A stretch of DNA of 63,436 bases, filler included, from Octopus bimaculoides (GCF_001194135.2; 8 parts of 7 records of this genome joined end to end with filler, not necessarily neighbours in it), one strand, 5' to 3'; counted from the whole stretch's first letter, positions 25,005 through 37,995 are shown. Made by a program: numbers and translations. The notes: a model not told the origin generated them from the letters alone.

Positions 25005-25153
25005 ACTGGGGACAATCTCTTAAAGGGTTGTAGTCGAACAAATCGTCACTAGGACTTATTTTCAAGTCTGGTACATATTCTATCGATTTCTTTTGCCGGG
25101 GGACGTAAACTAACCAAATTGGCTGTTAAACGATGGAGAAGGATAAACATAAC

Positions 25154-25212
<59 letters not shown>

Positions 25213-25960
25213 NNNNNNNNNNNNNNNNNNNNNNNNNNNNNNNNNNNNNNNNNNNNNNNNNNNNNNNNNNNNNNNNNNNNNNNNNNNNNNNNNNNNNNNN
25301 NNNNNNNNNNNNNNNNNNNNNNNNNNNNNNNNNNNNNNNNNNNNNNNNNNNNNNNNNNNNNNNNNNNNNNNNNNNNNNNNNNNNNNNNNNNNNNNNNNNN
25401 NNNNNNNNNNNNNNNNNNNNNNNNNNNNNNNNNNNNNNNNNNNNNNNNNNNNNNNNNNNNNNNNNNNNNNNNNNNNNNNNNNNNNNNNNNNNNNNNNNNN
25501 NNNNNNNNNNNNNNNNNNNNNNNNNNNNNNNNNNNNNNNNNNNNNNNNNNNNNNNNNNNNNNNNNNNNNNNNNNNNNNNNNNNNNNNNNNNNNNNNNNNN
25601 NNNNNNNNNNNNNNNNNNNNNNNNNNNNNNNNNNNNNNNNNNNNNNNNNNNNNNNNNNNNNNNNNNNNNNNNNNNNNNNNNNNNNNNNNNNNNNNNNNNN
25701 NNNNNNNNNNNNNNNNNNNNNNNNNNNNNNNNNNNNNNNNNNNNNNNNNNNNNNNNNNNNNNNNNNNNNNNNNNNNNNNNNNNNTATATATATATATATA
25801 TATATATATATACGACGGACTTCAGTCAACCAAATTCACTCACAAGGCATTGGCTAACTCGGGGCTGGAGTAGAATACTCTTGCCCAATGTGCCGCGCTG
25901 TTGGACTGAACTCGAAACCACTTGGATGCAAAGCGAACTTCTTAACCACGCGCCCATACC
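25005..25960 (-). mobile_element. SINE family B spanning a gap: head 25810-25960, internal microsatellite/gap, tail 25005-25150
   Basis: Head and tail halves are collinear on the minus strand with (CA)n, an N run and (TA)n between them. Confidence 0.7.
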
Positions 25961-25982
25961 TGCATCTATAGAATTAAGTATT

Positions 25983-26056
25983 TGGCCAGTATGGGGTTCA
26001 ATCCCACGACGTTCGCGTTATTAACCCGATGCTCAATCCAACTGAGCTAACCGGGC
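25983..26056 (-). pseudogene. tRNA-Ile(AAT) pseudogene
   Basis: 74-nt GCCCGGTTAGCTCAGTTGGATTGAGCATCGGGTTAATAACGCGAACGTCGTGGGATTGAACCCCATACTGGCCA aligns without gaps to metazoan tRNA-Ile-AAT as recalled; broken T-loop (ATTGAA rather than TTCGA), acceptor-stem mismatch, no oligo-T terminator. Confidence 0.85.
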
Positions 26057-26246
26057 ATCTACATGCGGTTCTTCCTGCTTATCATCATTATCACTTGCAA
26101 CAATAACAACAACAACAAGCTGCCGATCACAACGTCTGTATAGGAGCTCAGTCGGAGTCATTACTTGACAGATAATGAAATACAAAGTTATAAATACTCT
26201 TGCAAGATTTGAACTCAGAACGTGGAGAGACGTAACGAAATTATTA

Positions 26247-26430
26247 GGCGCGGGCATGGCTGTGTGGTTAGGAAGCTTGCTTCCCTGCTGCATGGTTTCG
26301 GGATCAGTCCCACCGCGTGGCACCTTGGGCAAGTGTCTTCTGCTATAACCCCGGGCTGACCGAAGCCTTGTGAAAAAGGCGGTGCTCCAGCATGGCCACA
26401 GTCAAAAGACTGAAACAAGTAAAAGAGTAA
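26247..26430 (+). mobile_element. SINE family B with head fused directly to the extreme tail (internal deletion)
   Basis: Head ...GAAGCCTTGTGA joins AAAAGGCGGTGCTCCAGCATGGCCACAGTC...AAGTAAAAGAGTAA at about 26372. Confidence 0.85.
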
Positions 26431-26545
26431 ATCATTTAGTCCAACGCTTTTCTAAAGAAGCCAATCCCAAAAATTACGATAAAAATAAAACAACTTCGAT
26501 AAGAGCTGTATTATTTTCATCATAGTTGTTCATCGTCGCCATTGC

Positions 26546-26592
<47 letters not shown>

Positions 26593-27399
26593 GTAGCAAC
26601 AACGTAGCAACAGCTAGTAGTAGTAGTAGTAGTAGTAGCAATCGTGGTGGTGGTGCTGGTGGTGGCAGCAACAGTGATAGCTACCAAATATGTAGCCGAA
26701 GTCATCATTGAAGGAGGATAAATGGTTAAAAATCGAAAAGAAAAGCACACACAAACAGACCCAAAAAGTAATAAAATAGAAGAAAAGTAAAAAAAAAAAA
26801 GTATTAAATACGCTTCAGAAGAAAGCAAACAATACGTGCTAAAGGGCAACTGAACGTATTTAGTAGGGGGTTATCAATACATTATGTTNNNNNNNNNNNN
26901 NNNNNNNNNNNNNNNNNNNNNNNNNNNNNNNNNNNNNNNNNNNNNNNNNNNNNNNNNNNNNNNNNNNNNNNNNNNNNNNNNNNNNNNNNNNNNNNNNNNN
27001 NNNNNNNNNNNNNNNNNNNNNNNNNNNNNNNNNNNNNNNNNNNNNNNNNNNNNNNNNNNNNNNNNNNNNNNNNNNNNNNNNNNNNNNNNNNNNNNNNNNN
27101 NNNNNNNNNNNNNNNNNNNNNNNNNNNNNNNNNNNNNNNNNNNNNNNNNNNNNNNNNNNNNNNNNNNNNNNNNNNNNNNNNNNNNNNNNNNNNNNNNNNN
27201 NNNNNNNNNNNNNNNNNNNNNNNTTAGCAGGGGAGGGGAGCCCTTATTTTAACGTCTTCGGAAGAATGAAAAGCAAAGAAGAAATTTTGAGGAATTTGAG
27301 CTTACAACGTATAGGAACTTTGCAAATTACGGTAAAACCCCCGAGTCCGTTGCGCCATTGATTTCTTTTTCACCTTTCTCCATTGCAATAATAAAAATA

Positions 27400-27820
27400 A
27401 TCCTTTCTACTAAAGGCACAAGGCCTCAAAATTTGGTGAAGGGGACTAGTCGATTACATCGACCCCAGTGTTTCATTGGTACTTAATTTATCGACCCCGA
27501 AAGAATGAAAGGCAAAGTCAGCCTAGGCAGAATTTGAACACAGAACGTAAAGATGGACGAAATGCCGCTAAGCATTTTGCCCAACGTGTTAACGATTTTG
27601 CTATTCGATGCCTTAGTAATGATAATGGTTTCAAGTTTTAGCACAAAGCCAGCAATTTCGAGGGAGGGAGCTAAGTCGGGTACATCGACCCCAGTGTTCA
27701 ACTGGTACTTATTTTATCAACTACGAAAGGTATGAAAGGTAAAGGTGACCCCGGTGGAGTTGGGTGAAATGCTGCTAAGATTTTTCCCCAGTGTGCCGAC
27801 GATTCTGCCCGCTTGCTGCC
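27400..27820 (-). mobile_element. Two tandem SINE family A copies
   Basis: 27400-27606 and 27630-27820 are each homologous to 4160-4357. Confidence 0.85.
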
Positions 27821-28103
27821 TTAGTAATAAAAATGACAACAATAAAGATTTCTTTATTAACAAGATGATAACATGTGGGATTACATGTAGGTTTGTTAGC
27901 AATAAAAAACGAAAAAGTTCAAACAAGGAATAATTCCCACAAATCTGGGGTCATTTCCGATGGTTTCTCGTGTAAAACTCTCAAAAAACGAAACAAAACA
28001 AAAACCAGGCCAACCTCACCACTAAAGCACGATGCTCTCTCCTTATCCTTTTCCTTTAATCTATAGGCGTGTGCTCTGAGAAGGTCCGTTTACTCAGACT
28101 TTA

Positions 28104-28154
28104 CATGTATATATACATGTAAGCATATATATATATATGTAGACACATACATAC

Positions 28155-28220
<66 letters not shown>

Positions 28221-28295
28221 TTACACACCAAAAAGCGATTTATATCAAATAAATTCGTGTCCCTGCCCTACTCGATCACTGATACTCTATTCTAC
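28104..28295 (+). repeat. About 190-bp block duplicated at 29137-29335 and partially at 29697-29749
   Basis: Shared CATGTATATATACAT...(GATA)n...AAAAGCGATTTATATCAAATAAATTCGT...CACTGATACTCTATTCTAC. Confidence 0.9.
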
Positions 28296-29136
28296 TGGAA
28301 GGTAACGCTTCATTCACCACCCACATTTTCCTTTCGGGTGAAACTTGAATAAGTTACCGCGGGTTTAGCCAAAAAAGATGTCTGCTTTCAGGCACTTCAT
28401 TCTGCTCCACCACACGAGGGATTTCGGGAAGACAACCATACGGATAAACTCTGCTTGCCCTTCCTGGCCAAAAGAAGTATCTTCACAATGAACTCAGCTG
28501 ATAGCTGGATTCGTTCTACACGAGACATTAAGTCTTCGACATAATTGCACTAGTCAGCAATGCTCGGTCACTATACGAGTGCGTGCAGAATAGTTTCATC
28601 GTTTTGTTCGCATATCGAGTAGGTCGAGCTGATGATACTTCCATGTCTGTAGATTTTGTCTCAAACCAGCAACGCCATCCGGAAGCACCACCAGGCCGGT
28701 GATTTCTGGGAATCATCCACAGGCCACGGTCCCCAAATCTCTCGGAACAGACTAGCTAATTGACTCTCGTTGAATCCTCGAGTTTCCCCATAAAGGTTAT
28801 CACTCTTGCCCGCCACTAAGCCTCTATAGAATGCCAATGTGTAACTTCCATCGACCGCATTGTTCGACAGTCAAGGGGTTGTAAGTGCCTTACGGCAATC
28901 CAGGAGCCAATTACCCAGCCTCGGTCTACGCTTGATCCAGGACTACAACCGAATCAGAGTGACGAGCTGCAGAAAAGTGAGTCAGTCAAACGGCGACCAG
29001 GCCTGCTCACTCTCAAGCAAAGGCTGAACATCTAACCTCAGCGTGCCTACGCATCGTCAGCCACGGTCTACTCGGTATTCTACTCAGAAGATGCTGAAAG
29101 CAAATGGTGCACCCGACAAGGAGAATGCGTCCCTTC
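28296..29136 (-). mobile_element. Decayed Tx1/L1-clade LINE C-terminal fragment
   Basis: Minus strand gives LASLFREIWGPWPVDDSQKS and a degenerate CCHC-type knuckle ICEQNDETILHA, followed by WWSRMKCLK, as in Tx1-type ORF2 ends. Confidence 0.7.
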
Positions 29137-29199
29137 CATGTATATATACATTGTAAACATATATAAATATATGAAGATGCATATATATATATATATGTG

Positions 29200-29260
<61 letters not shown>

Positions 29261-29470
29261 TTACACACTAAAAAGCGATTTATATCAAATAAATTCGTAT
29301 CCTCGCCCAACTCGATCACTGATACTCTATTCTACAATCATATTACAAAATAAACATGTGTGGTTATAACAAGACGACGACGATTGTGATGATGGTGGGG
29401 ATGAGGATGATGTGGCTGATGATGATGATGATGATGATGACGAAGAGGACGATATACGCATACATACATG

Positions 29471-29517
<47 letters not shown>

Positions 29518-29527
29518 NNNNNNNNNN

Positions 29528-29578
<51 letters not shown>

Positions 29579-29969
29579 CATACATGCATACACACATACT
29601 ATGATATATATCATGACTTTCTTAACCATTTAAACACACACATACAAATGTATTCATTTTTTTCTTTCATGTTATGTCCCTTACATATTTATTTAGTATC
29701 AAATAAATTCGTGTCCCCGCCCTTCTCGCTCACTGGTACTCTATTCTACAACCGTATCTTTATAACTAAACAAGCAAAAGTGTGATTATTACAAGACGAA
29801 GGTGACGACGACGGTGATGATATAAAGATGATGATGATAATGACCTTTATGAGAGTGATGTGGAGATGACAATGTTTATGGTAACGCAGAGAGTAGAAGC
29901 GAGGAGGATGACAACGATTGTCATAGTCAGTATTATGGTGATGATGATGATGACGATTATATCAATGAA

Positions 29970-30078
29970 TTGGACAAGGCTAGCAAAGACGTCGTCGTAT
30001 TGGTAATGGAGGCAATTGTAGTGGTGGTGGTGATGATGGTGATGATGATGATGATGATGATGATGGTATGGACACTGG

Positions 30079-30109
<31 letters not shown>

Positions 30110-30255
30110 TACGAGGAGGAGGATGACGACGTCAAGGGAGGGAGAGGAGATGGTGATGGTGGAGGGTAACGATAGTGCTTGTGTGAGTGGTGGTGTGGAT
30201 GCTGGTCATCGACCTTTTGGAGATGATGATAGCGCTAGTGATAATAATGTAGATA

Positions 30256-30315
<60 letters not shown>

Positions 30316-30320
30316 GTGAT
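29970..30320. repeat. (ATG/GAT)n-rich low-complexity tract
   Basis: Directly visible; source of the poly-M/D/I ORFs. Confidence 0.95.
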
Positions 30321-30575
30321 AAATGAGGGTGGTGATGGTGATCCGCTGCCCCAGTCAGTTACATTCAAGCAAACCTACAATGAAAGACATTTCAACTTTG
30401 CTGTGATCATTTCGTCTTTTTCTTATGTGCAGAAACCTAAGCCTTCGTAACCCGACCTCTCAGCGTCTCCATTTTCTTTTTTTTCTTTTTTCGCCTGTCC
30501 TATGTAACACATGTGATACACAAGACATATCTCTGTGCCGTCCATGCATCTCTGGATGAGGCGAGCCGGACTTAC

Positions 30576-30663
30576 TGCAATATCTTCATGCGACTAATGA
30601 GCCGTACCAGTGGCTTTTTGCACATTTCACCGACAAATTATGATAATTGTAATTCTGAGCTTC
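30576..30663 (-). other. Candidate exon (88 nt, or 97 nt from the acceptor at 30672), possibly UTR or start-codon exon
   Basis: ttcttaactcaacagctgttgcag|...GAAGATATTGCA|gtaagt; no frame fully open, but ATG-initiated MCKKPLVRLISRMKIL runs to the donor. Confidence 0.3.
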
Positions 30664-31684
30664 CTGCAACAGCTGTTGAGTTAAGAAATTATATATTTTC
30701 TTCATATTTTATTTACATTTTTGTGTTTTACATATATATATATATANNNNNNNNNNNNNNNNNNNNNNNNNNNNNNNNNNNNNNNNNNNNTTAATTAATT
30801 AANNNNNNNNNNNNNNNNNNNNNNNNNNNNNNNNNNNNNNNNNNNNCACTTCTTATTTACGACCCACCACTGATATAGACAGACACAGCTCATACAAGGG
30901 GTAAATTATAAATACAAATACAATTATAAATAAGAGCAAAAGAAAAATTTTTCTTTGCCAATATGCTAGAAAATAAATGCTAAATTGTTTAACCACATAA
31001 AATACTTTATGTGGTTAGGCGATTTAGCATCTATTTTTCAGCATGTTGGCACAGAAAATTTTTTCTGTTGCCCTTATTTATAATTATATATATATATGTT
31101 ATATATATTAGTGGAAACATAATGGAATATGCTTAATCCATTATTTCAATGTAAATTGCATCGTTAAAAATACTGCCAAAATACTGCTTCGATTTACCTG
31201 GGATTGTACCTAAAGGTACTTTCACAAAAGAATGGACTAACCTCCATACCCTCTGGAAAAAGATGAACTGTGCGCTTTATTCTCCTGTCTGTATTCTTCT
31301 ATCTGCTTTTACTCTTTATTCTTCTATTTCTATTCATACTAAACTGTAAATTTCCCTGTCTGGAACTTTCATACATGCTTTGTCTGTGATGATGAAATAC
31401 CCAGTGTATGGACATGCTAGCCTATCACTTGAGATATCCCCCAAAACAACTCTAAGACTTCAAATTCACCTTACCCTAAATTATTATAAATGACTTGAGA
31501 TACCTATCCTGCTTTGATATTTGTTGTCCTTTTCCTCTAATATATACATGCTAACACTCTAATAGGGATCCCTTGCTCCAGCCTCAGCTGTGAAACTGGA
31601 ACCTAATGGATGATCAATTATAACACTTACTCAGTGTACCTATTACTTTAGATCACCAGTGATCCATATTCTATATATATTATA

Positions 31685-31775
31685 TCATCATCATCGTTTA
31701 ACATCTGCTTTCCATGCTGGCATGGGTTGGACAGTTTGACTGAGGACTGGCAAGCCAGGAGGCTGCACAAGGCTC
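31685..31775 (-). mobile_element. RTE-type LINE extreme 3' end
   Basis: (CAT)n-CGTTTAACATCTGCTTTCCATGCTGGCATGGGTTGGAC, the same as 46474 and 61065. Confidence 0.8.
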
Positions 31776-32414
31776 ATATTATATATATGTAATTAAAATA
31801 AGTAACAAGGATATCCAGAGGTAATGCTGTACGATCATTTCATGCAACTCCATTTAATTGAACAATATGATCATTACATCAATTTAAAATACAGAGCTGC
31901 ACAAAGACATAGAATTTAATTAAATTAGAACAGATGGACACATTAATATAATTTTACCTATAGTCTCCAAGAAGTTAAGGAGATAGACAAAGAATATGTT
32001 GCCTCTACTACAGCATAGAAGTTACTAAAATTATCAAGAATACTCTACCTGTCACTAATTTTATTTGTTTTTTGGGGTCAGTTTTAATTTATAGACTAGT
32101 TTATCAAATCCTTGTATATCTAAGGCTGAGAGAAAAAGGGCAGTATCTGTTAGGGGTAGGGCTCAGAGAGCAAACAGAAATCATAATTGGTATAGTCATA
32201 AAAATCAACATTTATTCATGAGGTTTGGTAAAGGAAAACTTAAAAAACAATATGTTAGCTGACAACTAAGGTGGTCGCCCACTAGCAGACCATTGATAAT
32301 GAAACAGGGGAAGTCTTATCATGTAGTACTATAGTTAAATGTTTTAAACAATATTGCTATATTATATACAGTTAAAGTTTATAGTTATTCTGAGGGCTAT
32401 TAAGAAGAATATAT

Positions 32415-33556
32415 TGTTACAAATATCCGCGCGAAGCACCTCAACGAAGAGAAAACTTGCGCGCGCGAACGTCGACGCTCAGTGAGTCGGGATGTTAGCC
32501 ACTACTAAGCCTGACCAGAGCGTGCAATGATGACCACAACAGAAAGGAAGGAATAACACAGACCACACGTTGCGTAGTGAAACTAACTTTTTTTTTTTAC
32601 ATCACAATACAAAACACCATTGCATAACAATAATTCAATAACATAGTACTTGCTTCTGAAATAACACATGTAACAGTAGTTTCCAAGCATTTAACAAACT
32701 TTCAGAACAATTACAAAGTCTACAATCATTTCACATAATCATAAAGTTTACAATCAAAGTTCGTGTCTCAAAAGTCAATTAAAAGTTCTTTTTTGCTTCT
32801 TTTCTGCCAGTTAACATCACAGTTAACAAAAGTTCTTCACAAAAATATATAACCAAACGCAAGTACATTTTTCTTTAAAATTATAAGCAAAAACATTTAC
32901 CGTAACAAATTCAAATCTCCCACTACAATGACAAGAACTGACCAACGCAGTCTACTACATCACTTCTGTCTGCCACAACAGTTCCATCTCTCTGTCTCTC
33001 TCTCTCAGATCGCTTCAGTCCCTATCTGCCTCTCTTACGGGCTAAACCCTTCTCAGTCAATAGCTTTTCTCTCTGTGTCCATCTTACTGACCGCTGCTGT
33101 CACCTACTCATTCTTCACTGGCTGCTCGCTTGTACACCGACTGCCCTGTCCATCTTCACTGGCTGCTGTGTTTACGCCAACCGTGTTTACACCAACTGCC
33201 GTCTACACCAACTGCGTTCTTCATCCACTGACCACCTTGATACCAACTGCCGTACACCGAACTGCTCTGTCCATCTTAACTGACTGCTGCTGTCACTCCA
33301 ACTGCGATTCCCAAATCTATGCTCTCGTATTTATGACAGATACCGTACCCAACAGTGCTGCGATACCCCACTCCAAAGCTGGGTCAGTTTAGTACAGTTC
33401 CTACTTGTTTTTCTAAACTTTCGATGACCGGAAAGGGTCAGAGATCACACTCCTACGCTATAAATAACCATGCTTGTTGACAGGACAAAGGAAATACCAA
33501 TATCCTGAACAACTAGAAACGGTTTCAAACTCAGCTCGGGGAATAGGGACATAACG
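32415..33556 (-). mobile_element. Solo LTR-like element with internal tandem repeats
   Basis: Begins TGTTAC and ends ATAACG (imperfect inverted termini); internal repeats CTGTCCATCTT.ACTG.C.GCTGCTGT and ACACCAACTGC (33040-33310); TATA-like motifs on the minus strand; no exact target site duplication. Confidence 0.4.
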
Positions 33557-34479
33557 TTATTTTGTTTTTCGGCAGTCGCATCAATATTAACAAAAGGATA
33601 GAAATTTGTGAATACTTTTGAGTATATACCAAACTTTTACCACAATAGAGGGAGGAAANNNNNNNNNNNNNNNNNNNNNNNNNNNNNNNNNNNNNNNNNN
33701 NNTTAATTAATTAANNNNNNNNNNNNNNNNNNNNNNNNNNNNNNNNNNNNNNNNNNNNAAAACATTCATACCTAAAAACATATATAGAAATAAACATCAA
33801 GGATCCTTCTAAATGGATGTTCCAATTTTCTGAAGACAATTTTTATTTCAAGTAATTTGATATCAACATTGGATATTTTTTTAAAGCTCCTTAAAATGTT
33901 TTCTTTCTAATTTAATTGCTTTTATTTTCATCTGCCATGTTTATTTATATCTCCTTACGTTTTCATTATCGTTGCCGTTGTTGTTGCTGATGTTGTTGAT
34001 GTTACGTTTATGGTTGTTATTACTGCTGTCACTGATATGCAGATACGATGGTAATTAATGTTGCTGTTGGTTTTGTTGTTTCCATTTCGTCTCTTGTTTT
34101 CGTTTCCGTTATTACACTTTTTATAGTAATGTTCATCAGTTGTGGTATAACCAAACAAAGTAAGTTGTTGTTTGTAACGCATGTTGTCCTTGTTGTTTTT
34201 TTCTCCTTGGTTAACCATTTCTACTTCTCCTTATATTATTAAATCCTGAATTGTATATACACATACATATACACATACATACATACGTACGTACGTACGT
34301 ACGTACATACGTACATTCATATACATAAAGCACAGCTTCAAATGCTCTTTGAACTCAAAACTAAAAGCAAAAAAATATTGAAAAACCTGTTTTTTAGGAA
34401 TGTATACTCATTTACTTCAGGTCTCTATCGTTTCGTTGATTAATTTTGTCTCTTAATTAAGTATATTCTCTTTAACTAT

Positions 34480-34650
34480 TTCACATGTTTGAGCTATTGC
34501 ACTGCGGCCATGCTGGAGCACCACCTTGTAGAAATAGTCAAACAAGTTGCACCCCATCTGGTACATGCATAGGACAAATTGCTCCGTTGTGTAAAAACAA
34601 ACCAACATCGGTTGACAAGTGGTATAGGATACAAACAGAAATATAGACAC
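34480..34650 (-). mobile_element. SINE family B tail
   Basis: Homologous to 36-245. Confidence 0.7.
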
Positions 34651-35272
34651 ACACACACACATACACACACACACACACACACAAGCACACAAAACACATA
34701 CATAGACATATATATTTATATAATTATATGTATATATGTATGTGTGTGTGTTTGTATGTATATATATNNNNNNNNNNNNNNNNNNNNNNNNNNNNNNNNN
34801 NNNNNNNNNNNNNNNNNNNNNNNNNNNNNNNNNNNNNNNNNNNNNNNNNNNNNNNNNNNNNNNNNNNNNNNNNNNNNNNNNNNNNNNNNNNNNNNNNNNN
34901 NNNNNNNNNNNNNNNNNNNNNNNNNNNNNNNNNNNNNNNNNNNNNNNNNNNNNNNNNNNNNNNNNNNNNNNNNNNNNNNNNNNNNNNNNNNNNNNNNNNN
35001 NNNNNNNNNNNNNNNNNNNNNNNNNNNNNNNNNNNNNNNNNNNNNNNNNNNNNNNNNNNNNNNNNNNNNNNNNNNNNNNNNNNNNNNNNNNNNNNNNNNN
35101 NNNNNNNNNNNNNNNNNNNNNNNNNNNNNNNNNNNNNNNNNNNNNNNNNNNNNNNNNNNNNNNNNNNNNNNNNNNNNNNNNNNNNNNNNNNNNNNNNNNN
35201 NNNNNNNNNNNNNNNNNNNNNNNNNNNNNNNNNNNNNNNNNNNNNNNNNNNNACTTACGCAATTCTCTTAAG

Positions 35273-35306
<34 letters not shown>

Positions 35307-36759
35307 GTATGTATGTATGTATGTGAGTGTGTATATATATGTGTGTCTATCTACCTATCTATGTATCTATATTTATGTGGCTATGCTGGTAATGATAGGC
35401 GATAGTGGTAGTAGTAGTAGTAGTAGTAGTAGTAGTTGTAGTAGTAGTAGTAGTGGTAGATAATTGGATTGAAGTCTGTGAATAATAAATGAGTGTTTGG
35501 TGTGGCGTTTAAAATACGTCAACTGAGTTGGTTGATAGAATTAAAATGATGAAGAACAATCTCACTATCTGAGAATGGCGTAATAATAAGAACAAGGCTG
35601 ATTGATTCCACTTGTTGCAGTTGTTGCGGTTTAGCCCCAGGGCAGATTTCATCCATCAGACCTATTAACGAAGGTGTTCCAGCTGTGACCGTCATGGCGG
35701 TATATTTCCAGAGATAATGTTTAGCTAGAAATAATCGCGTCCACTTTTTATTTGTTCACATTTAGAATTGTATTTGAGAATGCGTAGAACAAGTACAGCT
35801 GGCCGTCACTGACGAGCGAGTATATGTTGGGCGTATGTTGAAGGTGTCCCTTATGCCTGCCCCGGTGGTTTATTATTCAAAAAATCAAGAAGTCAGAACT
35901 AAAGGAGCCGGATCGAACACGGCAAAATATTTCGTCCGGCGTTCTTACGTATTTTGCTAATGTCTTTCGATCGAGTGAAACTTTATTTCATCGATGAGAG
36001 ATTAAAGTTGCTTGATCACGGTGGGGTACGAAAGCAGAGCAAATAACATATGGTAATGTGTCTGAGAGAGGGAATAGAGAGGGAGATAGAGGGAGAGAGA
36101 GGGAGAGAGAAGGAGGGAGTGAGAGAGAGGGAGAGAAAGGGAAAAGGAAGAGATAGGAGTGAGGTAGAGAACGGGAGAGAGGGGAGAGGGAGAGGGAGAG
36201 AGAGAAAGGAGAGATGGGGAGAGGGAGAGAGTGGTGCGGGGAAGAGAGTGAGGGAGAGAGAAGGAGAGAGAAAGAGCTAGTTCGGCATTGAGTGGCAGTT
36301 ATTTGCAGCTGAGTAGACTGGGGCAATATCAAATGAAATGCTTTTTGTTTAAGGACACAACATCGCACCTGACGCAGTAATTGAACCCGCTGCTTTATAA
36401 CACGGAGCAAGCAACCAAACCGCTGTGCAACGCGTCTCCAAAGGGCAGCGTTTATTTTAACATTGACTGTATGTTTTCCACCTTTAAAAACGTTTGCGAG
36501 ATAACAAGGTAGACTCGTATAAAAAAAGAAAACGCAAAACAAAACAAAACAGAAGATTAGGTGGATCCTGGTCGTCCCAACCTCTGTTGTGCCACTGGTT
36601 TTACGGTTTATTGCGCTAAAATGTAGGTTCTGAGTTGTGCAGCATTTTATCCACTCGAAACAAATTCACACACAAGATCTTCACGAACATATTGAGTATA
36701 ACATGTAGTCTTACTCAGTCACGTGTTGACTTCCTAAACCATGTGTACGTGTGTGTGTT

Positions 36760-37030
36760 TATATTCTTTTCTACTCTAGGTACAAGGCCCGAAATATTTT
36801 GGGAGTGGGCCAGTCGATTAGCGATGCTGGGGGGACAAACAGACACACACACATACACACATATGTATATATACGACTGGCTTCTTTCAGTTTCCGTCTT
36901 CCAAATTCACTCACAAGGCTTTGGTCGGCCCGAAGCTATAATAGAAGACATTTGCCCAAGGTGCCACGCAGTGGGACTGAACCCAGAACCATGTGGTTGA
37001 TAAGCAAGCTACTTACCACACAGCCACTCT
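36760..37030 (-). mobile_element. Chimeric SINE junction: family B head (36840-37030) abutting a family A tail (36760-36820)
   Basis: Each part matches its family elsewhere in the window. Confidence 0.7.
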
Positions 37031-37639
37031 TGTGCCTATCTATATATACATTCTCAAAGTAAAACGCCTTGATATACCAAAGAGATTTCAGTTAACGATC
37101 AAATTTAATAATACTTTTCTCTTTCGTTAAACATTGATTGGTCATTGATTGCCTCTTCTTTATAGTCACGATGTTTTCATCCTTTAATGTTTAATGCGCA
37201 GCCATTAACCTTTAATCATTCTATGAATTTTAGTTTCGTTTACCATAATTTACTTTACATTTAACATTAGTAGTAATTCTCGACCTCTTGCTACAGAAGT
37301 TTGTGAGGCAGAAATAAGCAATCTCTCGTGGGTTTATTTAATAAATACAAAACTAGTCACACAATACTGCTGAAAGCACAAGAAAATGTATGACGATTTA
37401 AAACGCAGCTTTTACCATTATTACTGCTAACTTATATTGTCATACACATTGATGAGCATCCAACCATCCACCCATCCATCTATCTATCTATATATATTAT
37501 TTATATAAAGGGCACTCGTACTATTATCGAACCGAGAGTTTAACTACGGTCCTTCCATACAACTTACATAGCCTTAGCTTCCACCTTGGGTTTTCTGGAT
37601 ACCAATACCTCTCATAAATATATATATATATATATATTC

Positions 37640-37835
37640 TTTTATTCTTTTATTCATTTATTTGTTTTAGTCATTTGACTGGCTATGCTGGAGCACCGAC
37701 TTCAGTCGAACAAATCGACTTATTCTTTGTAAGCCCAGTTCTTATTCTATCGGCCTGTTTTGCCGAACCGCTGGGTAACGAGCACGTAAACACACCACAA
37801 TCGGTTGGCAAGTGATGGTGGGAGGACAAACCATA
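37640..37835 (-). mobile_element. SINE family B tail
   Basis: Homologous to 36-245. Confidence 0.8.
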
Positions 37836-37856
37836 GTCATACAAATACATACGTAT

Positions 37857-37897
<41 letters not shown>

Positions 37898-37995
37898 TAT
37901 ATATATATATTTATATATATAATTTGAACTCACAACATAAAGACTGCTAAGTACTTTTCCCGGCGTGCTATCGTTTCTGCCAGCTCGCTGCCTTA

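Noticed and set aside
28020-28075. 56-nt minus-strand segment (AHAYRLKEKDKERASCFS) phase-compatible with the 30576 exon
   Set aside because: Short pyrimidine tract and a GTGAGG donor; compatible with chance.
28296-29138. 7-bp inverted termini (TGGAAGG/CCTTCCA) on the Tx1 fragment
   Set aside because: Too short to distinguish from chance, and not expected for a LINE.
32928-33392. 154-aa ORF with TAV/FTPT repeats
   Set aside because: Translation of the tandem repeat array within the LTR-like element.
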